Shown here: positions 40,049-48,927 of the stretch, one piece after another
How the letters are laid out: the number at the start of each line of letters is the position of its first letter
Position numbering within the stretch: position 1 is the first letter of the stretch
DNA from: Candidatus Latescibacterota bacterium
Lineage (GTDB): Bacteria; Latescibacterota; UBA2968; GCA-2709665
Length of the DNA stretch: 64,000 nt
Assembly (NCBI GenBank): GCA_963667175.2
Contig: CAXXXF010000001.1
Location: 1-64,000, forward strand
Direction: 5' to 3'
Notes under the pieces: generated by a model
The model's database searches: none
What the model saw: only the letters and a program-made list of their open reading frames with translations
Told to the model about the DNA's origin: nothing
Program-made: the position numbers and the translations under genes

Positions 40049-40795
40049 TTATATGACTTTTCTAATCGAGTCGGGCAATTCGGCCAGCGAGCCAATTGTA
40101 AGGTCGAATCGATCCGATTCACTTCCCCCGATCTTGACTGTCTTTGCGCCAAGCTTCCTGGCGGACAGAAGGGGAGCCTCGGCATCGTCCACAATGACTG
40201 ACGCTTCCGGTCGGGCCCCGACTTCCCTCAGAATCCGCGGGTGGAAAGTGCTGTGCCCCTTTTGAAAGCCGACCAGATCAGACCCGAATGGTGTGCCTAT
40301 CCGTTCACGGACACCCATGCGCGCCAGCACGGTTTCGATCGCCCAGGATAGATTGCCGGATGCCGTATGGATTTCGAAATCTTCGGCCAGGGACCTGATG
40401 GCTGCCGCGGATCCAGGAAAGACCGCATTGGTATTCATGTACACGTGCGTGAGTACACGCTCGGCAACGTCCACACGTTCCTCGAATGTGCAGGGCGCTT
40501 TTTCACCCACTTCGTCGCACAGTTGCTGCACCCAATCCGCGTGGAGGCGGTCCCACCACCGGGACAGATTCAGTTTCCGCAATCCCAACGCCTCTCTGTA
40601 CTCTTCGCTCCCACGATTCCAGACATTCAACCATATTCTGTCCTGATGTTCAGCCCAGATACTGGCGTCTCCACCGAGTAATTCGCTGAACCGGGTTCCT
40701 GCCAACCTGCTGCTTTCTGATTCCCACATCGCGTTGTCGAGAATCACGCCGTCCAGATCCAGAAACAGAAACTTCCGTTCGTTCTCGTGCATCAC
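40049..40795 (-). CDS. HAD family hydrolase
   Basis: FLDLDGVILD, TASG, IVDD. Confidence 0.85.
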   Translation of the reverse strand: MMHENERKFLFLDLDGVILDNAMWESESSRLAGTRFSELLGGDASIWAEHQDRIWLNVWNRGSEEYREALGLRKLNLSRWWDRLHADWVQQLCDEVGEKAPCTFEERVDVAERVLTHVYMNTNAVFPGSAAAIRSLAEDFEIHTASGNLSWAIETVLARMGVRERIGTPFGSDLVGFQKGHSTFHPRILREVGARPEASVIVDDAEAPLLSARKLGAKTVKIGGSESDRFDLTIGSLAELPDSIRKVI

Positions 40796-40956
40796 ATTTC
40801 TCGTTTAAGAAGCGACAAAAAAAAAATCAGAAACTACAAAACACGCGAAAAGAACGAAAAAACCGTAGCTGAAATCAATCGCCACGATAGTCCTGCCTGC
40901 AGCGCGTGTTTGCGTGCCTGCAGCGCAGGGGCAAAACACATTCGGCCGAACATCAA

Positions 40957-41478
40957 TCAAGTCTGGTAGGAATAGATGATAGCGGCGTCAGTGAGAGTCC
41001 CGGATAACTCGGCGACCGACGGTACCCAGATGAGCTGCATGCGCCATCGTCGGATGATCTCAGGCATCGCATACGATTCCGAGCCGATGGCTTCGACCGG
41101 TTGTCTGGAGACATATTCGTTACTGGGAACCTTGAAGAAGTGGCGTTTTTCGAAAACATAGACGTTGGCCTGAAATTCCATGATCTGCCCTTTGTCTTCG
41201 CTGTTTACGAAGATAAAGCAGTTCTTGTCCGGATCGGTCTCGAACCCCAGGGATTTCAGCTTGCGCCTGGCAGATACAGAGTTCCTGACCCGTATTCGAT
41301 GAATCCCGGGAAACAGGTGAATGGATATCTCGTCGAAATCGCCAACATAGAGCAGACGATCCGGGATATAGCCTGGTTGGGGCCTTCTGGTGCTGCTGCT
41401 GAAATCCCGGGTCCGGTAGAATCTCGTTGGATGAAACACATTACTATCGCGGCGCGGTGTCACCTTATATAAGAGCAA
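40957..41478 (-). CDS. Hypothetical protein
   Basis: 173-aa ORF co-oriented with the array; start uncertain. Confidence 0.55.
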   Translation of the reverse strand: MLLYKVTPRRDSNVFHPTRFYRTRDFSSSTRRPQPGYIPDRLLYVGDFDEISIHLFPGIHRIRVRNSVSARRKLKSLGFETDPDKNCFIFVNSEDKGQIMEFQANVYVFEKRHFFKVPSNEYVSRQPVEAIGSESYAMPEIIRRWRMQLIWVPSVAELSGTLTDAAIIYSYQT

Positions 41479-41645
41479 ATTTGCGACTCCAGGCTTACGA
41501 AAGAATCACACCGAAGGGCACGATTTCCCGTCCGGAGGGAAAAGCCGAAATCATCGCGAATTCGACAGGGCTTCCAGGGAATGAATTCAGAACCCGCGGT
41601 CGGTAGTGAGATTCGTTCAACATTCAACGGGAGCGGCAAGACGGG

Positions 41646-42191
41646 TTAGTTCAAAAGCACTGTGCCCGGCACCCGGAGAATCTCGCACGTTTCGAACGCG
41701 TCTTCCTCGAATCTCAGCCTGATCCCTTCACAGTAATTGCACGAAGGCCCCCACCGCTCCTGATCCGCGTCGGGCAGACAGCCGACCGCGCTGGCTTCGA
41801 TAAACCCGCCGTGCGAGATAATCAGCGCGCTGCCGCCGTCCGGGAGCGACCTGGCGACGTTGAGGTGGAATTCAGCCAGTGTATTTGCGAAGTTCGCAAC
41901 GACGCTGTACGGGTTTTCACGGATAAATGAGGAGAATCCGCCGAATCCTACGTCGAAGGAGATCTCCGCGTCTGACGGCATGGATGCGAGCAGTTCGACC
42001 TGACGGTCGACCGCAAAGCCCATGGCGATAGCCGTTTCGAATGCGCGAGGGACCGGACTGGTATAGACCTTGTCGAACGCCGGCATTCCCTCCCCGACGC
42101 GCCTGGCGAGGTCGACACCGGCCTGCGAGAGATGTTGGCCGGGCTTTGTCCGCATCGTGTGCCTTCGATGTTCGATGAATCTGGCAGCCAT
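41646..42191 (-). CDS. Histidine phosphatase family protein
   Basis: RRHT, LS.AG..LA, SP.PRA.ETA, IISHGG. Confidence 0.85.
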   Translation of the reverse strand: MAARFIEHRRHTMRTKPGQHLSQAGVDLARRVGEGMPAFDKVYTSPVPRAFETAIAMGFAVDRQVELLASMPSDAEISFDVGFGGFSSFIRENPYSVVANFANTLAEFHLNVARSLPDGGSALIISHGGFIEASAVGCLPDADQERWGPSCNYCEGIRLRFEEDAFETCEILRVPGTVLLN

Positions 42192-42227
42192 TCGTTCATC
42201 CCTAAGCGGGTTTTGTGGTTGGTGTCG

Positions 42228-43097
42228 TCAGCCTGCATTGCGGAAAAACGCCATCAGGTCCTCGCGCACCCGCCCGCTTCCGTGGACGACGCTATGGGGT
42301 TTGTCGGGATACACGCGGAATTCGGCGCAGGGGATCTTCGATGCCAGGTCCTCACCCCATTCCACCGGCACTTCCCGGTCCCTGGCGCCGTGGACCACAA
42401 GGGTGGGTGCTTTTATCCGTCGGCATTCGTCAGTCAGATCCCTATCGAGATACGCGTCGATCGCCCGCAACTGAATGCCGTACCATGCCGCGCGCTCCTG
42501 AACGCTGGATTTCGCCACAAGCGCTTTCACTCGCTCTTCGTATTCCGCCAGCGTTCCCCGCTCTTCCATCTCGTCCCGTTCCCACAGCACATCCAGGGAC
42601 AACTCGACACCTTCCGGGCGGTTGTTCCACGTGGCGCCAGCGCCCTCCTTATTAAGGATCTCCAACTGTCCTTTGACAATCCGTGTCACCGGATCGTCAT
42701 CCGGCCAGAGATGCGCGGCCGTACCGGCCAGTGCAAGTGTTCTGACCCGCTCCGGATATCGCGCGGCAAACAGAATTGCAATCGGACCCCCCGCAGAAGA
42801 CCCGATCACGTGAGCCTTTTCCTCCGAAAGGTGGTCGAGCAATGCGACCAGGTCGCGCACCTGATTTTCCAGGTCGTAGCCCGAATCCGGGCGCGACGAC
42901 AGCCAGCAGCCCCGCCGGTCGTACATCACGTACCGGAATTTCGACGTGAAATCAGTTTCCCATCTCCATGCACCGGTCTCATCCGCGCGGAGATGCATAT
43001 CCAGCGAAGGAAATCCCCCGTGTACGAACACGATGACATCGCCCTCGCCTCGCACGTCGTAGAACATCCTGAAACCGTTTATGGTAGCGTATGGCAT
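42228..43097 (-). CDS. Alpha/beta hydrolase
   Basis: FVHGG, YDRRG, GSSAGG nucleophile elbow, HG..D..VP, H. Confidence 0.9.
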   Translation of the reverse strand: MPYATINGFRMFYDVRGEGDVIVFVHGGFPSLDMHLRADETGAWRWETDFTSKFRYVMYDRRGCWLSSRPDSGYDLENQVRDLVALLDHLSEEKAHVIGSSAGGPIAILFAARYPERVRTLALAGTAAHLWPDDDPVTRIVKGQLEILNKEGAGATWNNRPEGVELSLDVLWERDEMEERGTLAEYEERVKALVAKSSVQERAAWYGIQLRAIDAYLDRDLTDECRRIKAPTLVVHGARDREVPVEWGEDLASKIPCAEFRVYPDKPHSVVHGSGRVREDLMAFFRNAG

Positions 43098-43350
43098 CGG
43101 CCTATCCCTGGTGAGACCTCTACGCTCTCCCTGCTTTCAGGCTCTCGATTATCTTACGGTCTGTCTCGAATGCCATGTCCGCCGGCGGATGCTCCAGGGG
43201 GAACAGCCCGACCTCGGCCGCGTCGTCACCAGCCGCATCGTCGCCATGTAACAACGCGAGGGAGGACATCATATACGCAGGTACGAATCACGTGTCAAGG
43301 TCATTTCCCCGAATGCGCCACCATATTTGCGGCTGCTGGCTTCCGGTCAC

Positions 43351-43379
43351 TTGACGAAGCCGGCCGTTTCTCGTATACT
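43351..43379 (+). promoter_or_regulatory. Near-consensus sigma70 promoter
   Basis: TTGACG-17 nt-TATACT. Confidence 0.7.
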
Positions 43380-43601
43380 ACTAAACGGATCCCCGTAGGT
43401 TCTGCGTGCGGGTAGACTCTCGGGATCGCGTATCCAGCATTCACGTCGTTTCCGGGTCGGACTACATCTGCAATGGCGGATAACCGCCGCGGCGGATTGG
43501 CGTTTCGCCAACACGCCGACGATCCCGCAATACGTCTCCAGCGCCGGTGGATGCTCACGCGAGAATCGTGGCGCAGTGAGATTCCGATAAACGGGAGTAC
43601 A

Positions 43602-44870
43602 ATGATGTTCATTATGATGAAGATGAAAACATCCCATCACTGGATTGTGACGGCTGCGCTTTTTGCCGTGTTCCTGTCCGGTTGTGGAAAAGAAGACCCC
43701 GTTGCGCCACAGGAAGAGCACTATAAAGCCGAAGGCCTGGTCCTCCTCGACTCCGGCCAGCGATTCTTCCGTTATTTCCAGGGCAGGATCGACTCAGGAG
43801 ACGGCCGGGCGGAAATCCTGGCGGTCGTTCACGGCGAAGAGACCAGCAAGTGGAGCATCCGCTTCCTGGACAAGGACGGAAACGAAATGGCGCCCCCCAC
43901 CGGCGAGGGCTTCAGTTTCACGTGGGAGATTGCGGACACGTCGATCGTGGAGGTCGTCCAGGACGAGGGGGAAGCGGGCAAATTCGTCTTCGCCCTGCGC
44001 GGCCTCGAAACTGGCGAAACCACCATCAGGCTTCAGATTTCGCACGAAGGGCACGTCGACTTCACCACGTTACCGCTCCCGGTGTACGTGGTAGAAGAGA
44101 ACTGGTCCCATTTCATAGCGGAAGGGCTTGTCATCATCGAATCCGGCGTTCGATTCTTCCGCTATTTCCAGGGCGAGATCGACTCTGGCGAAGGTCGGGT
44201 ATCGGAACTCACGGCCCCAATTGGCCTGACGCCTCACTGGCGCATCATGTTTCTGGACGAACACGGCGAAGAAAAAGACCCGCCGGACGATTCGGTATTC
44301 ACGTTAGGCTGGACCATTGCCAACACCGACGTTCTCGAAGTCGTTCAGGACGAGGGCGACGAAGGTTCATTCGAGTTTCACCTGCGCGGCTTGCAGGAGG
44401 GCGAAACCACGATTGTATTTGAAGTCTGGCACGAAGGGCACATTGACTACCGCACACGACCCATTCCCGTACATGTGGAGTCACAGGAGGGTCAGCACGG
44501 CGAACCCGTGGGCGTTCGGCTTAAGGAAGAAGACAGCGGCGAGTTGCTTACACAGGCGCCCGTTAAGGGAGAGGGCGAAGCCACCGAGGCCCTGACCGTT
44601 GCCGTAGGCGACACCACCGACCACGTCGCGACGTTCTTCTTTGACGAAGACGACGTTGAATTCCAGCCGGAAGCGCCCGACCACACGCTGGGCATCGCGG
44701 TGGCCGACACCTCACTGCTGGCCATCGATCCGCCTGTAGCGCCCGAATACTGGGCGTTCAGGCTTATCGGCAAAAAGGCCGGCACGACCACCATAACGCT
44801 CTCCATTATCCACGACGGAGAGGCCGAAGACGAATTCGCGCCCATTTCGGTGGCGATCACGGCGCCGTAG
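43602..44870 (+). CDS. Acidic lipoprotein with three tandem Ig-like repeats and HEGH motifs
   Basis: GGGAG RBS, lipobox LSGC, two near-identical ~125-aa repeats ending HEGH(V/I)D plus a divergent third. Confidence 0.85.
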   Translation: MMFIMMKMKTSHHWIVTAALFAVFLSGCGKEDPVAPQEEHYKAEGLVLLDSGQRFFRYFQGRIDSGDGRAEILAVVHGEETSKWSIRFLDKDGNEMAPPTGEGFSFTWEIADTSIVEVVQDEGEAGKFVFALRGLETGETTIRLQISHEGHVDFTTLPLPVYVVEENWSHFIAEGLVIIESGVRFFRYFQGEIDSGEGRVSELTAPIGLTPHWRIMFLDEHGEEKDPPDDSVFTLGWTIANTDVLEVVQDEGDEGSFEFHLRGLQEGETTIVFEVWHEGHIDYRTRPIPVHVESQEGQHGEPVGVRLKEEDSGELLTQAPVKGEGEATEALTVAVGDTTDHVATFFFDEDDVEFQPEAPDHTLGIAVADTSLLAIDPPVAPEYWAFRLIGKKAGTTTITLSIIHDGEAEDEFAPISVAITAP

Positions 44871-44880
44871 CAGAAAGCGC

Positions 44881-44909
44881 GGCGGGAGGGTTGTTCTCGC
44901 CCTCCCGCC
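44881..44909. terminator. GC hairpin between convergent genes
   Basis: GGCGGGAGGG-9 nt-CCCTCCCGCC; no strong U tract. Confidence 0.55.
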
Positions 44910-45066
44910 ATCTGCAACGCGGAAGTACATTGCTGTTGACAGACTTGCACAGGATACAGCTTCCGCCCGGACTGTCTGCCTGATCCCAAAGGCTGGCAGG
45001 GAACACAGCAAATACGCTTCAACATCAACCTGACTCTCCGCGATCGAAGAACGGTATCATATTCCC

Positions 45067-45309
45067 CTAGACCTGATCCTCTACTCTTTCTACCAGCAGT
45101 GGTACACCAAAGTACGGCACAACGCGACTTTCTTCTCTGAAGGGGTCGACGTCGGTGACAAAGAATGCAATATCGTAGTCCTGGAAGATGTCCCTCTCGG
45201 CGTTCGGGTTGGCACGAGACCCATTCATCACAACCGCACGAATGCGGTCGTCGGACCGGGCGAATTCGAGGACCAGTGACAACATCTCTGCTTGGGTGCG
45301 TGTTTTCAC
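45067..45309 (-). pseudogene. Aminoglycoside 6-adenylyltransferase (AadK/Ant6) N-terminal fragment
   Basis: RT..EM...L.FA..D.RIRAV.MNGSRANPN...D.FQDYDI; stops after 80 aa. Confidence 0.8.
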
Positions 45310-45347
45310 CGGATGCTCCGGGCCAATTCGACTTGCCTGCTATACAT

Positions 45348-46370
45348 TCACACATCGGCCGCATCGGCGACGAAGCTGCAAAATGACTCGCGGATACCGG
45401 GCCGCGAATTCGGCAGTTCAGGTCGCCACTGGCGGGCGGCCATCCAACCCTGGGCGATTGCCGTGGCGGCAATCAAGGCGGGACCCTCGAGACTCGCGAG
45501 TCCGGCTGCCTGGCGCTTGACGGCCATTCTCCGGACGAGGTCCCGGTGGCCCGGACGATTCCGGTCTCCTGAATTCAGGACCTGGAGGTACGCGGGATCC
45601 AGAATCCACGGCCGGCGTTTCGGGTGGACGTCAATCAGGACCGCGCGGTCACCCCCGGGAGGCGGCTCTCTCATCAAACCGTTGCACATGTGGAAATCGT
45701 CGAAGCAGATTTCCGATCCGCATTTCTCGAAGACGAAATCCCAGTGGTCTTCAACGCTCGATAGAAGCACGTCTACGGGTCCGGGACATTGCCGCCGGAT
45801 TGCGCCTTCAAGCCAGCCGGAGACTTCGGTGCCCGTTGTGATACCCAGCGTGGGGTCGTCGATCAATTTCGCCTGCTGATAGAAGCGAATCCCGGCGTCG
45901 AGCATCAATTCGAACTCCCTGCCGCTCCAGGAATTGCCCAGAGGTCCGTACGGAATCGCTTCCAGTGCGATCCAGTGGACGTCAATGTCTCCCAGGCGGG
46001 ATCCCGCGGCATAGACCGCGGGCGTCAGGTCGGGCGCCAGGCGATGGAGTTCCCGGCACCAGAAATTCTCGCGCTCGCTCGTGCCGACCTTGACGATCAC
46101 GACAAGGCCCGTTTCCCGGTGCAGACCCCGAAGATGGACCGCGATCAGCCCGTATTCCTGGACGAAGAGCTCGATATCGCCTGCGATCGAAGTAATCGCT
46201 TCCGTCCGGTTCACGGCATCGAGAATCGACCACAAAACCTCGTCTTCGCGCGAGACCCGTCCGTTACGATCGAAGACTACCACAGCCGAATTTCCCCTGG
46301 TCCTGGCTCGCAGTTCCGAATCGCATCGTACGTTGAAGGAAACACGTTTCGGCACATCCTCGGTGTTCAA
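45348..46370 (-). CDS. APH-fold phosphotransferase-like protein
   Basis: VKV....E..W, F.D.H..N, LID. Confidence 0.65.
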   Translation of the reverse strand: MNTEDVPKRVSFNVRCDSELRARTRGNSAVVVFDRNGRVSREDEVLWSILDAVNRTEAITSIAGDIELFVQEYGLIAVHLRGLHRETGLVVIVKVGTSERENFWCRELHRLAPDLTPAVYAAGSRLGDIDVHWIALEAIPYGPLGNSWSGREFELMLDAGIRFYQQAKLIDDPTLGITTGTEVSGWLEGAIRRQCPGPVDVLLSSVEDHWDFVFEKCGSEICFDDFHMCNGLMREPPPGGDRAVLIDVHPKRRPWILDPAYLQVLNSGDRNRPGHRDLVRRMAVKRQAAGLASLEGPALIAATAIAQGWMAARQWRPELPNSRPGIRESFCSFVADAADV

Positions 46371-46714
46371 TCCTCAAATACCTCCGCCGACAGATCGAAG
46401 CTGGGTGTATGGAACAGCAACAGAGTCGACTTCACTGGCGTATCATTCCTGTATCCGAATACCGTACCCTTTGGCACCAGGCAGAAGTCTCCCCTTTCCA
46501 GGTGGTGTTCGCGGGAACCCAATGTGAAACGTACTTCTCCCTCGATCACGAAGTAGTATTTGTCCGAGCGGGTTGACCGTGCATTGCGATGGTGAATTCC
46601 GGGAGGGATCTCGATCGTGGCCATTGAAGAACTGCGATTATGGCGTGGCGTGTAGTCTCGGATTTCAAGACCTTCAAATGTGACTTCTCTTGCGGCCTTA
46701 GATTTGACGATCAT
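46367..46714 (-). CDS. Cupin domain protein
   Basis: PG..H, YFVIEGE..F, GD...VPKG...Y.N. Confidence 0.85.
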   Translation of the reverse strand: MIVKSKAAREVTFEGLEIRDYTPRHNRSSSMATIEIPPGIHHRNARSTRSDKYYFVIEGEVRFTLGSREHHLERGDFCLVPKGTVFGYRNDTPVKSTLLLFHTPSFDLSAEVFED

Positions 46715-46755
46715 CTATAGTTCCTATATGCCGATCGATTGCTGATTTCGTTTAG

Positions 46756-48188
46756 CCTTGATTCGAAGAAAATCAGGCGGCATTTCGTAGGATGGTGGAG
46801 ATTTTCCGGTATTGTTTCTCGATGTGTTTGTTGTGTTGCAGTCGCAGAGTAAGCCGTCCTTTTAGTCGGATGAGGTAGCCTGCGCGGTTGATGAGTGCGA
46901 GCCGGAGGGTGCGTATGGATTTGGGCGGCCGCCGGTTGGTGTCTTTCAAGGTACGATTGCGTTTTATCAACCCGGTTTCGATTTGGAAGTTGGCCAGGAG
47001 GTTGTGTGCGAGAATGACGAACTGTTGCCAGGCGCTATTGGCGTGGCAATCGTGTGTGGGAATGGTATCGAAGCTGAGTCCGGTCTTGAGTTCGCCAATG
47101 GCTTTTTCGTGCATGCCGCGACCTGCCATGAAGCGCCAGAGCGCGCGCATCTTGAGGGATAGATTGGTGGCCACCGCACAATATTCAAAGGTGCCGTCAT
47201 CGGGGTCGAACAGGTCCAACTGGTAGTTCTTGCGGGTTTGATGCATCACGCGTTTTTGAAAAATGGCGATGTTGAACGTACGTTTCCATTTCTTGACCGT
47301 CAGCGTTGACGTGAAGCCATCGACGCCTTTCTCGACGCGCTGCCAGTGGGTGCATTGACGGATTTGCCGCTGCAAGTCCAGGCCGCGCCAGAAGGGTACC
47401 TTGATGGCGTATGAGGCCTTGTTCTTGTTTAGCCTTTGAAGCACGTCCTGCTTGAAAGAGTCGTCATCCATACGGAATCGGAGGGTGTAGGCGTCCCCCA
47501 AGCTGTGTTCGACCTGGGTAACCATGTCCTGTAGCAACGGGATGGAGGCGCTGCCGTCATTGACGTTTCCGGGACGGTTGTGCGCCCGCAGAAAATGACC
47601 ACCGTCGGCCAGGTAGGCGGTAATCGGATAGTATTGCGATGATGCGGATTATAGCCACGACGGGCGCCGTCAACGTGCTTTCCCGTGCACAAGACCGTGC
47701 CGTCGACGTCGATCGTCAAGGTGCGGGCGCGCAACGCCTTGATTTTATGGGCAACAACGTCGACGTTGAGGGCTTTCGGGGTCTCTTGGCCCTTGTCGGT
47801 ATACCGTTTCAGAAAACTCAGATGATGCAACCGCCGGCTGCCCACCACCAGCAACCCCAGGATGACCCGGCACAGACTCGCCACACCGAAATCGCCGCCG
47901 GACACCACACCACCCAGATGAAGCCGCAATTGCTGGTTCCATTTCATGCTTCGCAAATTACGCATCAGAAGTTCCAATCCCGCATGCGACGTGAGGCCTT
48001 CACCCGTGAATTCGATCTCCAATTTGTTGTTGATACGACACCACAAATCCGCTCTCTTTCGTCTCACGGTAGGTGGCCTTTCGTTTTGGGTCAATTGGGG
48101 GTATTGTCGCTTCCCAATATACCATCACAAGAGGCCTTTTCCTATTGATAAATATGCACTTGCTTACAATAAAACTTCGTAGTCGTGG
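46756..48188 (-). mobile_element. IS1380-family element with frameshifted, internally deleted transposase
   Basis: LTSHAGL, TIDVDGTV, GYNPH, RMD, GRG..EK.IGELK, ANSAW, LAHNL; ends CCTTGATTCGAAG / CTTCGTAGTCGTGG; no target duplication seen. Confidence 0.9.
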
Positions 48189-48223
48189 CCCCGAAAATAC
48201 ACAGGTCTATTTTCGAACTAAGG

Positions 48224-48667
48224 TTAATCTCCTACCCATCCCCAACTACTGTAGAAACGGCCGTTCAGAAAGTTTTCCAACGCCTGCCGGACGTAGGGTA
48301 CCATATTGGGAGGTAGATCGTGGACCGAATGCCAAGACAGGTCGTTGCACCTGTCTGGCTCCATATTAATGACATCTCCTTGCCATCTCGAGGCGGCTAG
48401 AAAAAACGACACCCGTTCCTCCTCTACGTTCCTATGCATTACGCCAACCACTTCGATGTCGGATAGCCGGATCTCGATTCCTGCCTCCTCCCTCGCTTCA
48501 CGTATAGCTGCCGTTCTGACTTCCTCGCCGCCGTCGAGGTGGCCGGCGATCACACTGTACTTCCCGTCCTCATACCCAGTATTGTAGCGTCTCAACAGCA
48601 GAACTTCATCAGCGTCGTTCATCAGGAAGATATGTGCGTCAGGAATAAGCGTGAATTTCTCAGCCAT
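48224..48667 (-). CDS. NUDIX hydrolase
   Basis: LLRR.NTGYEDG.Y...AGH.D.GE....AAIREA.EEAGI. Confidence 0.95.
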   Translation of the reverse strand: MAEKFTLIPDAHIFLMNDADEVLLLRRYNTGYEDGKYSVIAGHLDGGEEVRTAAIREAREEAGIEIRLSDIEVVGVMHRNVEEERVSFFLAASRWQGDVINMEPDRCNDLSWHSVHDLPPNMVPYVRQALENFLNGRFYSSWGWVGD

Positions 48668-48927
48668 CTTTTACCTATATGGGGAAACTCTCGTATGGAA
48701 ATTGAAGTAGCAGGGCGTGAGACGCTCGGCGTTGTGCATCGGAAGACGACGGTTAATTCCTGTAGTAATCTGTCGGTATATCGAAAATCTCAGCAATCAA
48801 TCCCCCTTTGTCATCATTGTCGACGATCTCATCCCTTCGAATATTCTATCGACACCACTTACACCAAAATCTGACACAGCATACATTCCGGGCGAGGATT
48901 GCGCCATTGTCGTCCAATGGTGTTCGC

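Noticed and set aside
45067-45309. Functional streptomycin resistance gene
   Set aside because: Only the first 80 codons are present and the downstream sequence is unrelated.
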